In this document: one piece after another, positions 1 through 12,239 of the stretch
Numbering within the stretch: the first letter of the stretch is position 1
How the letters are laid out: the number at the start of each line of letters is the position of its first letter
NCBI GenBank assembly: GCA_028534125.1
Contig: CM052819.1
Span: forward strand, 54,560,001-54,624,000
DNA from: Lama glama
Lineage: Eukaryota
DNA: 64,000 nucleotides
Direction of reading: 5' to 3'
Made by a program: the position numbers and the translations under genes
Notes under the pieces: model-generated
Told to the model about the DNA's origin: nothing
Seen by the model: only the letters and a program-made list of their open reading frames with translations
The model's database searches: none

Positions 1-108
1 GTGTGTACATACGCACATACTGTAGGATGCGGAAAATGTGCTCACTATGCTGAAAGGATGTTTTCTCTTCTACACACACACACACCCCACCTGAGGCTAT
101 GGATATGG

Positions 109-116
109 TGACGTCA
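109..116. promoter_or_regulatory. Full palindromic CRE (TGACGTCA)
   Basis: Exact TGACGTCA at 109-116 retaining its CpG; function not shown. Confidence 0.3.
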
Positions 117-219
117 TTCAGAAAGAAGACAGAGCTTGCATATGGGAAGCTGGTTTCTGAGGGTAAGATTTAAAAGGGAGTGAGTGAGCAGTGTTTGGTC
201 AGGGATGGTAACTGTGACC

Positions 220-400
220 ATGTATTTAAGGCCTACTTTGTGTCAGGCACATGATGAGCCATGTCATCGTTTAAACTGTACAACAACCTGGGGAGGTGGG
301 TTTGTCCCTTTTCGCAAATGAGGAAGCGGAGGCTCAGAGACGCCCACTAACTTGGTCAAGGTCACACAGCCTGTAAGTGGCAGCGCTCTCCGGCTGGTTT
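220..400 (-). mobile_element. MIR SINE fragment
   Basis: aatgaggaagcggaggctcagaga...ggtcacacagc is the reverse complement of the MIR core. Confidence 0.75.
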
Positions 401-859
401 GGTGCTGTGCTCTGTCTCCTACAAAACTGGCCCCTGCAGCATAGAACAGGGGACAGTGCAGGAGTCAGGGGTCCTCAGCTGTTCACAGACGGTGACAGGC
501 TAGTTCCTGAGCCCTTGTGCTTTGTCGTTTGCGTAGTCTGTCCATGTTCCCTGGATCCCTTCACCTTTTTTAGCCTGTTTGCCAGTTCTTGGGCCCATAG
601 CTCTATGGCAACTGAGGTTTACATGCTCCATTACGGGTGCTCCAGCCCCGGGCCTGCTCCACCTCCTCCTCCAGCCCAGACACCCCGGGTTCCCAGGCTG
701 TCGGCAGGACCCACAGCCAGGGCAGTGGGAGACGGGGCCTCGCTCAGGACTGAAGCCTGTCAGACTCTGTTTCCTGCAGCAGGGGGCCCCTGGGCCCTGG
801 CTCTGGCCACCCAGGAGACAGGGCCTGCCTGGGCAGGGCAGCGGCTTTGAGAGGTCCTC

Positions 860-1270
860 CAGCTGCCTTGTTTACCGTTGCCCAGACTCCCGGGCCTGCC
901 CGCGGCCCCGGGAAGTGACAGGGAGGGGGTGGTTTCAGTCGCTGATGAAAGCCGCCGAAACCAGAACCCAGCACACATGAAAAGACAGAAAGAAGAAGAG
1001 ACACGGGCCAACCGCCGGGTCGCAGGCGTGACTGGGCTTGTCTCCCACTCGGGGAGATGGAGAGGACGGTGGCGTCAGCCCCCAGAGTGAGTGGTGCGCC
1101 TCCGCGGGGCCGCCTCTGAGCCAAGCGACTGAGTCTGAAATGGTCTGTGAGGGCGATGCCCGTGGCTCCTTGAGTTCCCAGCCATGTCCCCTGGCAGAGC
1201 GGGCTGTTCCCATCAAGATTCAGGAGTCCCGGGGGGTTGAGAAACCTTGAACGATGTGAGCCGAGAGGCA
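860..1270. promoter_or_regulatory. Small CpG-rich, repeat-free element (promoter/enhancer-like)
   Basis: About 25 CpGs in ~400 bp by hand count; TGTTTAC (FOX) 869-875, GGAAGTG (ETS) 911-917, GGGGGTGG (KLF-like), donor-like AGA|GTGAGT at 1087. Confidence 0.45.
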
Positions 1271-2009
1271 GCACCATCAATTCCTGTCTAGACTAGATGT
1301 TTGCAATCCAGGTTCCCAAGATGAAAGGGGACATTATGAAGACAGGGCATAAATCGACCACGCCAACAAGACCCACATTCACCTCGGATTATTTACACCT
1401 CTTTGCCTCCCTCTGCTCATTACCTGTCCCACTGCCATCCACTTTCAAGTTTTGACAGATTCACTTAATACATCATCCCTCTAAGTAGCCAGGCACATGT
1501 ATTTCCATTTTGTGGGGCCCCTCTCTCCAGGCCAGCTTAGCCCCTTCCAACTCCTGCAAAATTGTACCTTTTCACTAGAGACCTTAAGGACACCATGAAT
1601 GCTAAGTAAGGGTTCACGCTAGTCATAAGCGTGCAGTGAAACCTGGCTGGGGAGGGCACCAAGTGTATACTACTAACTCAGCCTCCGCCGCACCCTTGGC
1701 CACATGCCCAGCACCTTTGTGCAGTGGTTACTCAAGGATGTGGGCAGCCTCCAGAGCAAGGGCACTGACGCAGCCCTTTTCAGAACTGCCCACCCCGTTC
1801 CTTGGCAACCAGAGTTCACCATCTGCCCAGGCTCCCTCAGGGAGCATGCAGGGCAGTGAATTTCTGCCAGGGCAGATGGTTCTGGGCTTTGAGAACCAGC
1901 CGAGGGGTTCCACTCAATCCCAAGGAGTCAGCTCTACCTCTCCCGTGGTCTGGCATTCCCAGCTGTCTGTGGGACACCTTTTCTGGGATGACCTCTCGAT
2001 GCTTTCAGC

Positions 2010-2480
2010 TTAAGACTATGAGCCTGGGTCAAGTCACTTTATCCTTTGAGGTCTTCATTTCCTCATTTTTATCATGAGAAGCTTGTACTGGGAAAGCCTT
2101 TCAGGTCCCTTCCAGCGCGGTGCAATGGGAAAACAGCTTGTGCGGGCTTTGACATTGGAAATGTCCGTGTCTATATCCTGGCTCCTGAACCTCTCCCACC
2201 CTCAGTTTCCTTGTCTGTAACAAGGAGGTAAATAATACCAATTGGCCCATAGGTGTTATTATTCCTGGTCTACAGCGATGCTGACTACAGCTAGCATTTA
2301 CTGTCTGCTTCCTAGGAGCCAGGCTCTGTTCTGAGTGCTTAGCACACACTAACTCAGCTAATCTGTAAGAGAATCTCTACAGACACCAAGGCTGAAAGGG
2401 GCTCCACCATCCCCAAGGCCACGCAGCTAACAGGTACTAGGTCTGGGATTGGAACCCAGCAGCCAGACCTTAATGTTTTT
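2010..2480. mobile_element. Cluster of MIR fragments in both orientations
   Basis: cctcagtttccttgtctgtaa (+) near 2200; gcatttactgtctgcttcctaggagccaggctctgttctgagtgcttagc...ctgggattggaacccag (-) at 2295-2460. Confidence 0.65.
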
Positions 2481-3289
2481 CTCTCTTCCAGGGGAACCTC
2501 ATAAATGTCAGTTTCTTTTTCTTTTCCTTCCTTCTTTCCACTCTGCAGTCTTTAACTTGGTGTTAATAGTAATATCCATCTATTCTTCATGTTTCTACAA
2601 CTATCCTTCTCATTCCACACCGACCCCTGTGGCTCCTGCCATTCCTCCCACAGTTAGTAGTGTTCCAGGTAGTGGTAACTGCTTGTGCAAATGTCCTGTG
2701 GCAGGGGGCACGGAGGGAAGACTAAGAGCAAGAAGAGCGCAGTGGCTGCTTCAGGGCAGGCTGAGCTCCATACGCAAACTGTGGGTTTGGAGGACCACAC
2801 AAAGGCATTTTTTCATGTATGCTAAGAGAAATGGGAAACTTCTGAAGTATCTTAAGCCAAGAAGTGGCATGACCCAGGCTATCTTTTTGAAATTCAATTT
2901 TCCTCCTACCAGAGACCTTTCCAAGAGCCATCAGTGCCTTCCTACGCCTCTGAGCCAAAGTTTCTCTGCCTCACTTTCCAGGCTTCTGTCCAGCATCCAG
3001 CAGCATCTAGTCGGGGCTTGTGTCTGGGTTGGGGGTAAGGTGAGGGCTTCCAGATGAGAACGGGGTGTAGGCAGTCTGTAAGACCCTTTCATCCAGGGGA
3101 GTCCACAAGCCTGAGCCCTTGTCTCCAACTCCTTTCACTCCTGATACGCATACTTCACCTCTTCTCCTCGAAGGGGGGGGGGGCTCTTCACCCACTACCG
3201 TGAGTCTCCACACTTTCTTTCTTTCCAATTTACCTTTTGAAATACTTGTAAGTCTTTATGATAAGGTCTGTCCTCCATGTTTTTAGAGC

Positions 3290-3620
3290 TCCATACATCC
3301 AAGCATCCGGTGCTAACAAAGAGGTTTCCTGAGCACCTACTATGTGCTGGAGCCCAAGAAGGACAGGGAGCCCTACCCTCAAGCCGCTCACAGTCTGGTG
3401 CTGGGGGAGGCTATGTAGTGTCAGCACACAAACTGTTACAAGCAGGAGAGGACACAAAACGTGCTGGGAGATCAGGAGAGGAGTGCCCGACCCCACCTGG
3501 TCGGGGATAAAGGTCGGCACAGTTGTGTCACACTGTGGGTGGCATTTGAGTCAGGCCCCGTGGGCAGATCTGAACACTAAGCATAGGAGGAAGGGTGCCC
3601 CAGAGGCAGACAAAGCAGAG
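3290..3620 (-). mobile_element. L2 LINE 3' fragment
   Basis: ctgagcacctactatgtgctgg...cctaccctcaagccgctcacagtctgg matches the reverse-complement L2 3' end. Confidence 0.6.
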
Positions 3621-5539
3621 CAAAGGCCAGGAGGCAGGGCAAGCACTGCGCAGCCCAGGGGGCTGTGTGTGATGGGGGAGCAGGTACTGGCAGGGCTCCT
3701 GAGAGACAAGCTTGCAGGGGCGGGACAGAGTCCTGCAGGGAGTGGTATCACTTTAGCTTCTTTCGGAGCTTTCTTCTTGCAGCTAAGCTTTTGTGCTCCT
3801 GCCAGGCGGGGTTGAGCCACTCCTCCTCCTCTTATAAACAGTCTCAGCACCCGGAACCCCGTGATCTGAACAGCACAGATGCTCAGAGATGCTGAGAGAA
3901 GCTCCCGGGCTCTGCCTCCTGGGCCCTGCGGGAGGAGGAGGGAAGCGGTGGCTGGGCCCTAGGATGTCCATCCTCTCTCTCTCTGCCTTTCCTCAGGCCG
4001 TTTCCCCAACGTGAGGTTCTTTGCAGCTACCACTTCCAAATCTGTGCCCTCAAGTCCGAGCTCAAATGCTACCCTGCCCTCTGCCTTCTCAGGATCCTCA
4101 GCTAGAAAGAACTGCTTGCTTCCTCCTTGGAACGTGGGAGCTTCTTCAGAACTGTCCCCTGCCTCTCCCGCACCCCAAACACTCCCCTCCTGCATATGAT
4201 TTGTCCATGTGCTGACCATTCCTGCCCTTCAGAGGGAAAGGTGCTTGAGGCAGCTCAGTATCCCTTCCGCACGACACCCTCCAAGACCCTAATGCGACAA
4301 TTGTCACATGTTACTTGCACACGAAGGATGTGCTGCTGAAATAGTAGCTTTAAAAGGAGGCCTGAGCCCTCCGCAAGCCCTAGGAGCTGGGAGCTGGGGT
4401 GGGGTGGGGGGGTGGAATCCTGGGCGGCGCCCGGGGCAGCCTCAGGCGTTCCCTGGAACTGCACTTATCTGACTCCCTGCCTACTTGGCAGGCGCCTGTC
4501 AAGCTGCCTGCCCTCCAGAAACGCCTGTGCCTTGATGGCTGAGTGCTGATAGGTGGGCCAAGGAGTGCTCTGTTCACCTGCCCCTCAGACAGTCACACCC
4601 GGATTCTCTGCCCTGAGTCATCGGGAGGCTCCCTGCCAGCTGTGTTTTGTTGACCTCTCCCCACGTGCTTTAAAAAAGCAACAGGAGCCAAATTCTCTCT
4701 CCAGCTGGCAGGGAGCTGGGTGAACTCAGCGGGGCTGCGGGAGTGAGGCAAGTGCCTTCTCTGTAGGATTGGGGAGTGTAGGCTTTGTCCCTTCTGGGCA
4801 GAATCTCCTCGCTCCCAAAGGGATGACATATCCTGTGAAACCATCTCTCTCTGCTGATTTACCAACCCCTCAATTTTTCCTTCACGTCTTGAAATCAGGG
4901 CAAGTTATCAAATGACTTTATGAGGCATTTATTGCCCAACTCTATGTGCTCAGTGATGTTTTTAAGTTTACAGGCATATTATGGCCCCAACCTAGTGGTC
5001 AAGCCTCAAGTCCACGTGCATCGCGAAGGCCCTCTGCTCTGGGTGGGGCCAGTCCAGCCGCGTGGGGCTGCCATCGCTTCACTCGCTCTGCCTGCACTTT
5101 CCCACCTCCAGCCGGGTTTGGACTGGAGCCCTTTCCTTCTCCTGGAATCTCCTTCCACCCCCATTTTCTTCTTCATTTCTAGTTATCTTTTTAAGGACTC
5201 ACTCTAGGATAGCCATCATCAGGAGACCAGAAATGTCTCCCTGTCCCCTGGTCCAGAATTCCTGCCCCCTCACCTCCTAGCTCTCATTGCAGATTTCTGT
5301 GCTTATAAAGCATCACCTGCTGTCTTCAGCCAATGCCCCCTCACTCACGCGGGACATGTCAGCACAAAGGAGAGACAGACAAACACCCAGAGGCCAAGAG
5401 CCCCAGGCTCTGATCCAGGCTGAACCTGGAGAAAGATGGGTGACCTTGGGCTCAGTGTCTTCCTCTTCAGCCTTTCATTCAGAGAACAGGGAACTTGGCT
5501 GGAGCAGGGCTCCCAGGCCTGGCTCTGTCCAGCCCTGCC

Positions 5540-5685
5540 TCCGGAGGCACGTGTCCAAAATACAGAGTGCTGGGTCCCCTCCCCAGACTCTCAGAGGGTA
5601 CGGCCTGGAGTCTTTATTTTGAGAAAGCTTCCCAGGCAACTTGTATATAGCCCGCCTGGTGCCTGCCTCAGGACTGCTCCAGAGG
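5540..5685. mobile_element. MER5-type hAT-Charlie DNA transposon remnant
   Basis: aaaatacagagtgctgggtcccctccccagactc...tttattttgagaaagcttcccagg resembles MER5A. Confidence 0.5.
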
Positions 5686-5724
5686 ACCCTTAAAAGTGCT
5701 ACAGCCCCGTGTCTTCTTGAATGA

Positions 5725-5787
5725 TCTCTCCTCCTCCCCCACCTTCTCCTTCTTCTTCTTCCTCATCTTCTCCTTCTCCTTCTTCAT
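5725..5787. repeat. Polypyrimidine (CTT/CTC-rich) low-complexity tract
   Basis: tctctcctcctcccccaccttctccttcttcttcttcctcatcttctccttctccttcttc. Confidence 0.8.
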
Positions 5788-5950
5788 CTGATGCTCCAGG
5801 AATAAACTGCATCAAAAGCACCATCGTGAGAGATCTGGTGCTTGAATGGGGAACTCTGTGTTGTGAGTCTGCTTTCAGGTCTCTCTAGGGGCTACAGGTT
5901 TTTGTATAAATTTCAGGTAGTTGAAAACACATCACCACCATCAATCCAGC

Positions 5951-6138
5951 NNNNNNNNNNNNNNNNNNNNNNNNNNNNNNNNNNNNNNNNNNNNNNNNNN
6001 NNNNNNNNNNNNNNNNNNNNNNNNNNNNNNNNNNNNNNNNNNNNNNNNNNNNNNNNNNNNNNNNNNNNNNNNNNNNNNNNNNNNNNNNNNNNNNNNNNNN
6101 NNNNNNNNNNNNNNNNNNNNNNNNNNNNNNNNNNNNNN
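5951..6138. other. Assembly gap
   Basis: Run of N. Confidence 1.
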
Positions 6139-6149
6139 GGGGGGTAGGG

Positions 6150-6335
6150 ACAGAGCGATCTGGTGTCTCTTCCTCTTCTTACAAAGTCACCAGTCCCATC
6201 AGAGGAGGGACCCAGCCATATAACCTCATTTAGCCTTTATCACCTCCCCCCAGACCTGTCTCCAAATATAGTCAAACTGGAGGTTAAAGCTTTAACATAT
6301 GGATTTAGGGGGACACAAACATTTATCCATAATAC
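6150..6335 (-). mobile_element. MLT1 (ERVL-MaLR) LTR fragment
   Basis: tctcttcctcttcttacaaagtcaccagtcccatc...tctccaaatatagtcaaactggaggttaaagctttaacatatggatttagggggacacaaacatt is typical of MLT1A-C. Confidence 0.75.
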
Positions 6336-6499
6336 CGTCTATACCTGATGCTCTCGAGAAAGCCAGGCTGACCTAACAGGCAAATTTGTGTCTAGATAAA
6401 TTCCATGACCTATTTTTCCTAACAAGTTCTCGAGACTGGATGCTGCTCCCTCTGTGGCATGGGTAATTCAACATTCACAGTTTAGGAAGACCGTTGCTC

Positions 6500-6864
6500 C
6501 CTCCTTTGTGGTGGTGTGGGCGCCATTTGGCATTTCCTGTGATCTCCTGGAATGCTTCTGGACAAGCTTCAGGGTTCCAGCTGTCTGACTAGCACTAGTC
6601 TCACCCATTTCTTAAGTACGATTTCCAACTTTTCTGCCAATTCTGTGAACACCCCCCCCATTTCCTCTTTTTTTTTTTTAAGAAATTTTTTTCTTTAGTG
6701 GAGGTACTGGGGCTTGAACCCAGAACCTCCTGCATGATAAGCATGTGCTCTACCGCTGAGCTGTACCACCCCTCCTCCATTTCCTCTTAACAACAATGCC
6801 TTTTCTACCTAAGTCAGCTAACAGGGGCTTCTACTGCCTGAGACTGAGAATTTTGACTGATACA
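6500..6864 (+). mobile_element. Old ERVL/MaLR-class LTR interrupted by a SINE
   Basis: Ends in the characteristic ...gactgataca; gccaattctgtga...ccttttctacctaagtcagc motif; 5' boundary uncertain. Confidence 0.5.
6670..6776 (-). mobile_element. tRNA-Ala-derived camelid SINE (vic-1-like) with 12-bp TSD
   Basis: Reverse complement reads ggtacagctcagcggtagagcacatgcttatcatgcaggaggttctgggttcaagccccagtacctcc plus A-tail, with A/B boxes; TSD ccatttcctctt at 6658-6669 and 6777-6788. Confidence 0.88.
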
Positions 6865-6879
6865 CACATCACGTGAGGA

Positions 6880-7080
6880 ACGACTGAAGGAGTTGTCAGT
6901 ACTTGGTCCGAAGCAGAGATGTCTCAGGGAATTGCTGTTTATCTACAGATATCTGAAGGGCTGTCATGTGGAAGAGAAACAGGCTACTCCTGCATGGCTT
7001 CAGAAGGCAAAACTAGATCAACAAAGACAGCTCTGGGGAGAAATATCCCAACTCAACACAAGGCAGCATCTGTCAGAAGT
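6880..7080 (+). mobile_element. L3/CR1 LINE fragment
   Basis: acagatatctgaagggctgtcatgtggaagagaaacagg...aaggcaaaactag is an L3-like ORF2 end. Confidence 0.55.
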
Positions 7081-7099
7081 CTCAGTCGCAGGCAGTAGA

Positions 7100-8730
7100 A
7101 GCCCACGTTCTTTGTATATTCCAGGTACAAGTCACTTATCAGGTATCTGATTTGCAAAAATTTTCTCCCATTCTTTTGATTGTCTTCGCACTTTTTTGTT
7201 GGTGTCCTTTGAAGTACAGAATGTTTTTAATGTTAATGAAATCCAACTTACCCATTTTTTCTTTTGTTGTGTGTGTTTTTGGTGTCATACCTAAGAAACC
7301 ACTGCCTAATCCAAGCTCATGAAGAGTTACCCGTGTTTTCTTCTCAGAGCTTTGCAGTTTTAAGTCTTTGTTTTACAGATTCGAGTGTTACAGATTCAAG
7401 TCTTTGATCCATTTTGAGTTAATTTTTGTGTATGATATGAGGCATGGGTTCAACTTATCCATTTGCATGTGTATATCTAGTTGTCCTAGCACAACTTGTT
7501 GAAAATATTATTCTTTCCTTCTTGAATTGTTTTAGCACATGTGTCAAAAATCAATTGACCATAAGTGTGAAGGTTTATTTCTCGACTCTGAAACCTGTCC
7601 CGTAGATCTATGTGTCTATTCTTACACCAGTACCACACTGTCTTGATTACTGCAGTTTCTGTAGTAGGCTTTGAAATTGGAAAACTGTGTGTCTTTCAGT
7701 GTTGCTTTTCTTTTTCAAGATTGCCTTGACTCTTCTGATTCTCTCAAATTTCCATGTGAATTTTAGAATCAGTTTATCAATTTCCACAAAGAATCCAGCT
7801 AGAATTGTGATGGAGTGCACTGACTCTGTAGATCAGTTTGGGGAATACTGTCATCTTAAAAATATTAAGTCTTCTGATCCATGAACATGGGATTCCTTTC
7901 TATTTATTTAGATTGTAATTTCTTTCAACAAAGTTTTTTTCTTTTATAATTTTCAAAGTATAAATTTGCACTTCTTTTGTTAAACTTATTCCTAAGTAGC
8001 TTATTATTTTTTATGATATTATAAATTAAATTGTTTTAAAATTTTCATTTTGCTGAGCTCATGCATCAATTCTAATTTTGTAGTGAATTTAAAAAGTTAT
8101 TTTCTCTATATAAAGTCATATCATCTGCAAATAGAGACAGTTTTACTTCTTCATATCCAATCTCAATGTCTTTTATGCTGATTTTTTTTTTTTGTCTAAT
8201 TGCCCTGGCTGGAACATCTAGTACAATGCTGAATAGAAGTGGCGAGAACGGATTTCCTTGTCTTCCTGATCTTAGGGGGAAGCAGTCATTCTTTCAACAT
8301 TAAGTGTGATGTTAGCTGTGAGTTTTTTTATAGGTACCTTTTATGAAGTTTAGGAAGTGCACTTCTATTCCTACTTTGTTGAATGTTGGACCCTGAATGG
8401 GGGTGTTGAGTTTTATTAAATGATTTTTCTGCATCTACTGAGATAATCATGTATTTTTTTGGTTTTTATTCTATGGAGATGATAGAGTACATTAATCGTT
8501 TTTTGGACTTTAAACAAACCTTGCATTCCTGGAATAAGTCTCCCTTAATCATGGCGTATAATCCTTTATCTATGTTGCTGGATTTGATCTGCTAGGATTT
8601 TATTGAGAATTTCTGTGTCTGGATTCACAAGAGATATTGGTCTATGGTTTTCTTTTCTTGCAATGTCTTCGTCTGGTTTTGGTGTCAGAAGAATACTGTC
8701 CTCTTAGAGTTAGTTGGGAAGCATTTTCTC
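7100..8730 (-). mobile_element. Old L1 (L1M) ORF2 fragment
   Basis: T-rich antisense L1 text: tttgcaaaaattttctcccattc, ttgatccattttgagttaatttttgtgtatg, accagtaccacactgtcttgattactg, acaatgctgaatagaagtggcgag. Confidence 0.9.
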
Positions 8731-8732
8731 CT

Positions 8733-9160
8733 TGTGCTAGTTTTCCATTGCTAGCGAAACAAATTACCACCAGCTGGTGGCTTAAAACCACACAAAGTTG
8801 TTCTCTCGCAGTTCTGGGAGCCAGAAGTCTGAAATCAAGGTGTCAACAGGGTTGGTTCCTGCTGGAAGCTCTGAGGGAAAATCCATTATATGAGCCTCTC
8901 CTGGCATCTGGCAATCCGTGGGGCTCCTTGGCTTGTAGATGGACCACTCCCATCTCTGTCTGTCTTCGCATGGCCTTCCCCTCTGTGTGTCCCTGTAGTT
9001 TCCCTCTTTCTACCTCCTTTAGAGACTACCCCAAATCTAGGATGAACTCGTTTCAAGATCTTTAATCCAATTGTTCCTGCAGAGACCCTATTTCCAAATA
9101 AAGCCACATCCCCCAGTATTGGGAATTCGTACTTGGACATTCTTTTGGGAGGCCAGTAGT
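8733..9160 (-). mobile_element. MLT1C/D-type (ERVL-MaLR) solo LTR
   Basis: acaaattaccaccagctggtggcttaaacc...gttctgggagccagaagtctgaaatcaaggtgtc...gcagagaccctatttccaaataaagccaca. Confidence 0.85.
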
Positions 9161-10927
9161 CACCTGTCCCGTGAACTGCCAGTCCTTGCAAGGTCACTTA
9201 CTCACCCATCTGCTCACTCCTTCAATACTTACCCCGAAGATCAGAGGAGGAAATGGGGATATAGTAATAAACTGGATAGAGTCCCTGCCTTGAAGAATAG
9301 GACTTTCTTGTAGGGCACTGGGGCATGAGTATAAAGAAGGTGATGGTGAGAATTATAAGACTTGGAAGCTGAAGGACTAACGGGAGAAGCCCAGGAGAGG
9401 GATGGCTTTCAAAGCAGAGGGTAACATGGTCAGCAAAGGCAGCTGCTGCAAAGCAGCAACAGGTCAGGGATCGCTGTGAGTGCATTTGGCAGGAAGGGGA
9501 CGATGTGTGTGGGAACGATGGGTGAGAAGACAGGAGAAGCAGCCACCCAGAGAACTCAGGCTCTGATCGTTGTCCTTCATCTCAGGACAGGTGAGGGAGG
9601 GCTGAGGTATTCTGAATGTGTAGGATCCTCTATTCATACCTTCAGTAGCCTCCAAAACTAGCCTGAAGGCGTATAACTTCAGGTAGAGATGACCTTGAGC
9701 TCATCCTGCAGCTAGGAGATGCAGACTGACCATGAACCTCATAGACCTCCACGGGGAAGGCCTCCATGGGTGACTGCCCAGGACCAGTCTAGCTCCCCAG
9801 TCGAGGCTCCTGTGGAAGCCAATTCTGAACATCTTACTTCCTCACCTGACAAGAAAATCCCTGTAGCAAACCGGTTCCTGAGCTTCATTTCCTTCATGCA
9901 AATTTTGCTACCAAATCTTATCACAACAAACAGCACTGGGGCTGCTCCTTGGAGCTCCAGGAATGTGGACAGGGAGCATTGTCTCACTTGGAGGAGTCAG
10001 AGCGGTGGTGGTTGTGGTGGGGGAGTACCGTTGCTCTCAATCCCATGGCCAGGGTACTGTCGAGGGGTCCATGAAGGAGGGTGGAGAACAGGGTGTGGGG
10101 AAGAGAATCACGCTGGTTAGGCCGTGGGGCCTTTGGGATTCCAAGACAAGGAGGTGTCACCCCACCCCACTGGACCTTATCCATGGCCTCTCCCCTCTAG
10201 AGAGCAAAGGCTGGGGGCAAAGAGGAAAACAGATTAACATTGTAAAAGCCTCCGGGTCTTCAGCCAAGGAACAGCAAGTCCCAAACAAATCTATGGGAGG
10301 CTGTTGAAGGGAAGCGTGTCGCAGAAGCGTAACAATAAACAGCCGTGCTAGGCCAGCCACGGAAGAGCAGGCTCAGGAGCCAATCTCCTGGGAGGAGCCC
10401 CCTCGGGTGGAACATTCAGACACACAGGAAGAGCACACACTGGTGGGGCCTTCCTCCCTGCAGCACCATCTGGGTAAAAAGGAGATCAACATGTGCAGAT
10501 TCGGAAGCACGAGGTTGTGACACGGAATATGCAGGGACTTCCCTCTCCAAAACCGCAGTCCCCCAGATTCAAAATGAACAGCATAATACCCACTCTCCTC
10601 CCCTACCCCAGGTAGTGGCCCTTGTCTCATCGAATTCTGTCTGGGGCCCTCACTGAAACAGGCAGAGAGCACTGCTTCCCATTCGCCCGCTCCCAGTGGC
10701 ATCGGGGGAACAGCTCCCCAAAATCAGCTTGTGCTTTTCCCTCAGAAGAATTGAGGGCCACTGGGGACTAGAGCGAGGGGACTTAACTTCTAGCTCCAGC
10801 TCTGCCACTAACATACTTGGTGGCTTGGGCAATGTCCGTTAGCATCTCTAGACCCAAATTTTCTCTCCATAAAATAACCCAGGGATAGGTGATATCTGTG
10901 CAATGCAGAGCTCCTTAGAGATCTAGG

Positions 10928-11150
10928 GCAGGGCTCCACAAGCTGCAGCCTCCTGGCCGAGCTTGTTTACAGCCTGTTTTTGTAAATAAAGTTTTATTGG
11001 GACATGGCCACACCCATTCATTTGCAGACTGTTTGTGTCACCCTGAAGGGCAGAGTTGAGTAGTTGAGACAGACACCAACTGTGTGTGTGGCCCACAAGC
11101 CTGAAATATTTACTATTCGACCCTTAACAGAACAAGTTTGCCAACCACTG
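10928..11150 (+). mobile_element. MER58A hAT-Charlie element
   Basis: ttttgtaaataaagttttattgggacatggccacacccattcattt...ggcagagttgagtagttgagacaga...gaaatatttactatt...gtttgccaaccactg. Confidence 0.85.
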
Positions 11151-11159
11151 CGTTAGACC

Positions 11160-11290
11160 GACAGTGTCACTTTACCAGCAAGGAAACTGAGGCACAGACA
11201 GGGCAGGCAATTTGCCAAAACTCACAGAGGAAGTCAGGGCAGAGGCCAGGACAGCCCAGCTCTCCTGATTCACATCAGCCAAAAGTTCTC
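11160..11290 (-). mobile_element. MIR fragment
   Basis: aaggaaactgaggcacagacagggcaggcaatttgccaaaactcacag. Confidence 0.65.
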
Positions 11291-12239
11291 ACCTGGCCTG
11301 AAGCTCTCTGTCCGATGCTAAATACTGGGCAGAAGCTGTGTGGGGGGACAGAGGAGGTGGTTCCCAGGAAGGAAGCTCTGGTGGGCTCCATGTGGTCAGT
11401 GCCATGTGGTCAGCGTGGCGCTGCCACAGCTCGGGGCTGCCGAGCCCAAGAGCAGAGTCGGGGGCCCTCTTGAAAGGCAGCGGCATTTCAGGTGGGAGTC
11501 AGAGGAGAACTGGCCTCTGGGGACATTTTCACCACAGGTCACAGATCTTGGTAAACTTTAGTTGGCTTTTGAACTCCAGGGAGACATTTATTTTCCTTGC
11601 CTCTTTCCTCACTGGCTGCTTCCTCCTCCTGGCATTTATTAATCGGACTAGTTAACCATTGACCCCAAATGCAGCCTCCTCTTGTTTCAAGTCTCGTTCT
11701 CCCTGTTGGCTTCAGAAAAGAGCTCCCACTAAACAAACCGACTTTTCTTCTCTTTCTTTTCATGGCCAGAGTCAAGTGATAAAGGAGGTGGGGTCAGGGG
11801 TGACATGTTTGCTATAAAAGACACACCCCAAAAACCTGGGGTCCAGGAGGGGACGGGGCCCTTCTGATGCAGGCCAGCCAAGCTCAGAAAACAGCTCAGC
11901 AGGGGCAACATGCACAAGGCAAGAGCAATTTCATTTGATTAGTGTGGGGCACATTTTAGAGGAGAGATTTATAAAGCGTTAATGTATCTGATTTCTCCGT
12001 CATTGAACAAAGTATCCTATTTCCTGCTTGCAAGCACAATTGTTGTTTTGCTTTAATTTTCCCCAGTTAAAGGGGACTGGTTTAAGGAAGGAGAACCATG
12101 ACAATGGAGGAGGAAATAGAGACAGCTGCTGCTGGAGGGGAGCGAGAGGGGGTCTATGCCAATTTAAGGGAAGAGCCTGTGAACGGAAGGGCCTCAGAGC
12201 CTGGCATCCGCTCCGTTACCACTTTCCTTTGAAATTTAG

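Noticed and set aside
930-963. Hammerhead-ribozyme-like core: CTGATGA ... GAAAC flanked by complementary TGGT/ACCA
   Set aside because: The 8 nt between the core motifs (aagccgcc) cannot form stem II, and no stem I can be built in type I or type III topology. An Infernal search with Rfam hammerhead models should return no hit.
744-1280. Overlapping 130-180 aa ORFs in the first 1.3 kb and around 34.7-35.2 kb
   Set aside because: Expected in GC-rich DNA with few stop codons; Pro/Gly/Arg-rich, mostly non-ATG starts, no domain.
5842-6223. ORFs spanning N runs (also 32185-33159, 46341-46763, 48425-48646)
   Set aside because: Artefacts of translating through assembly gaps.
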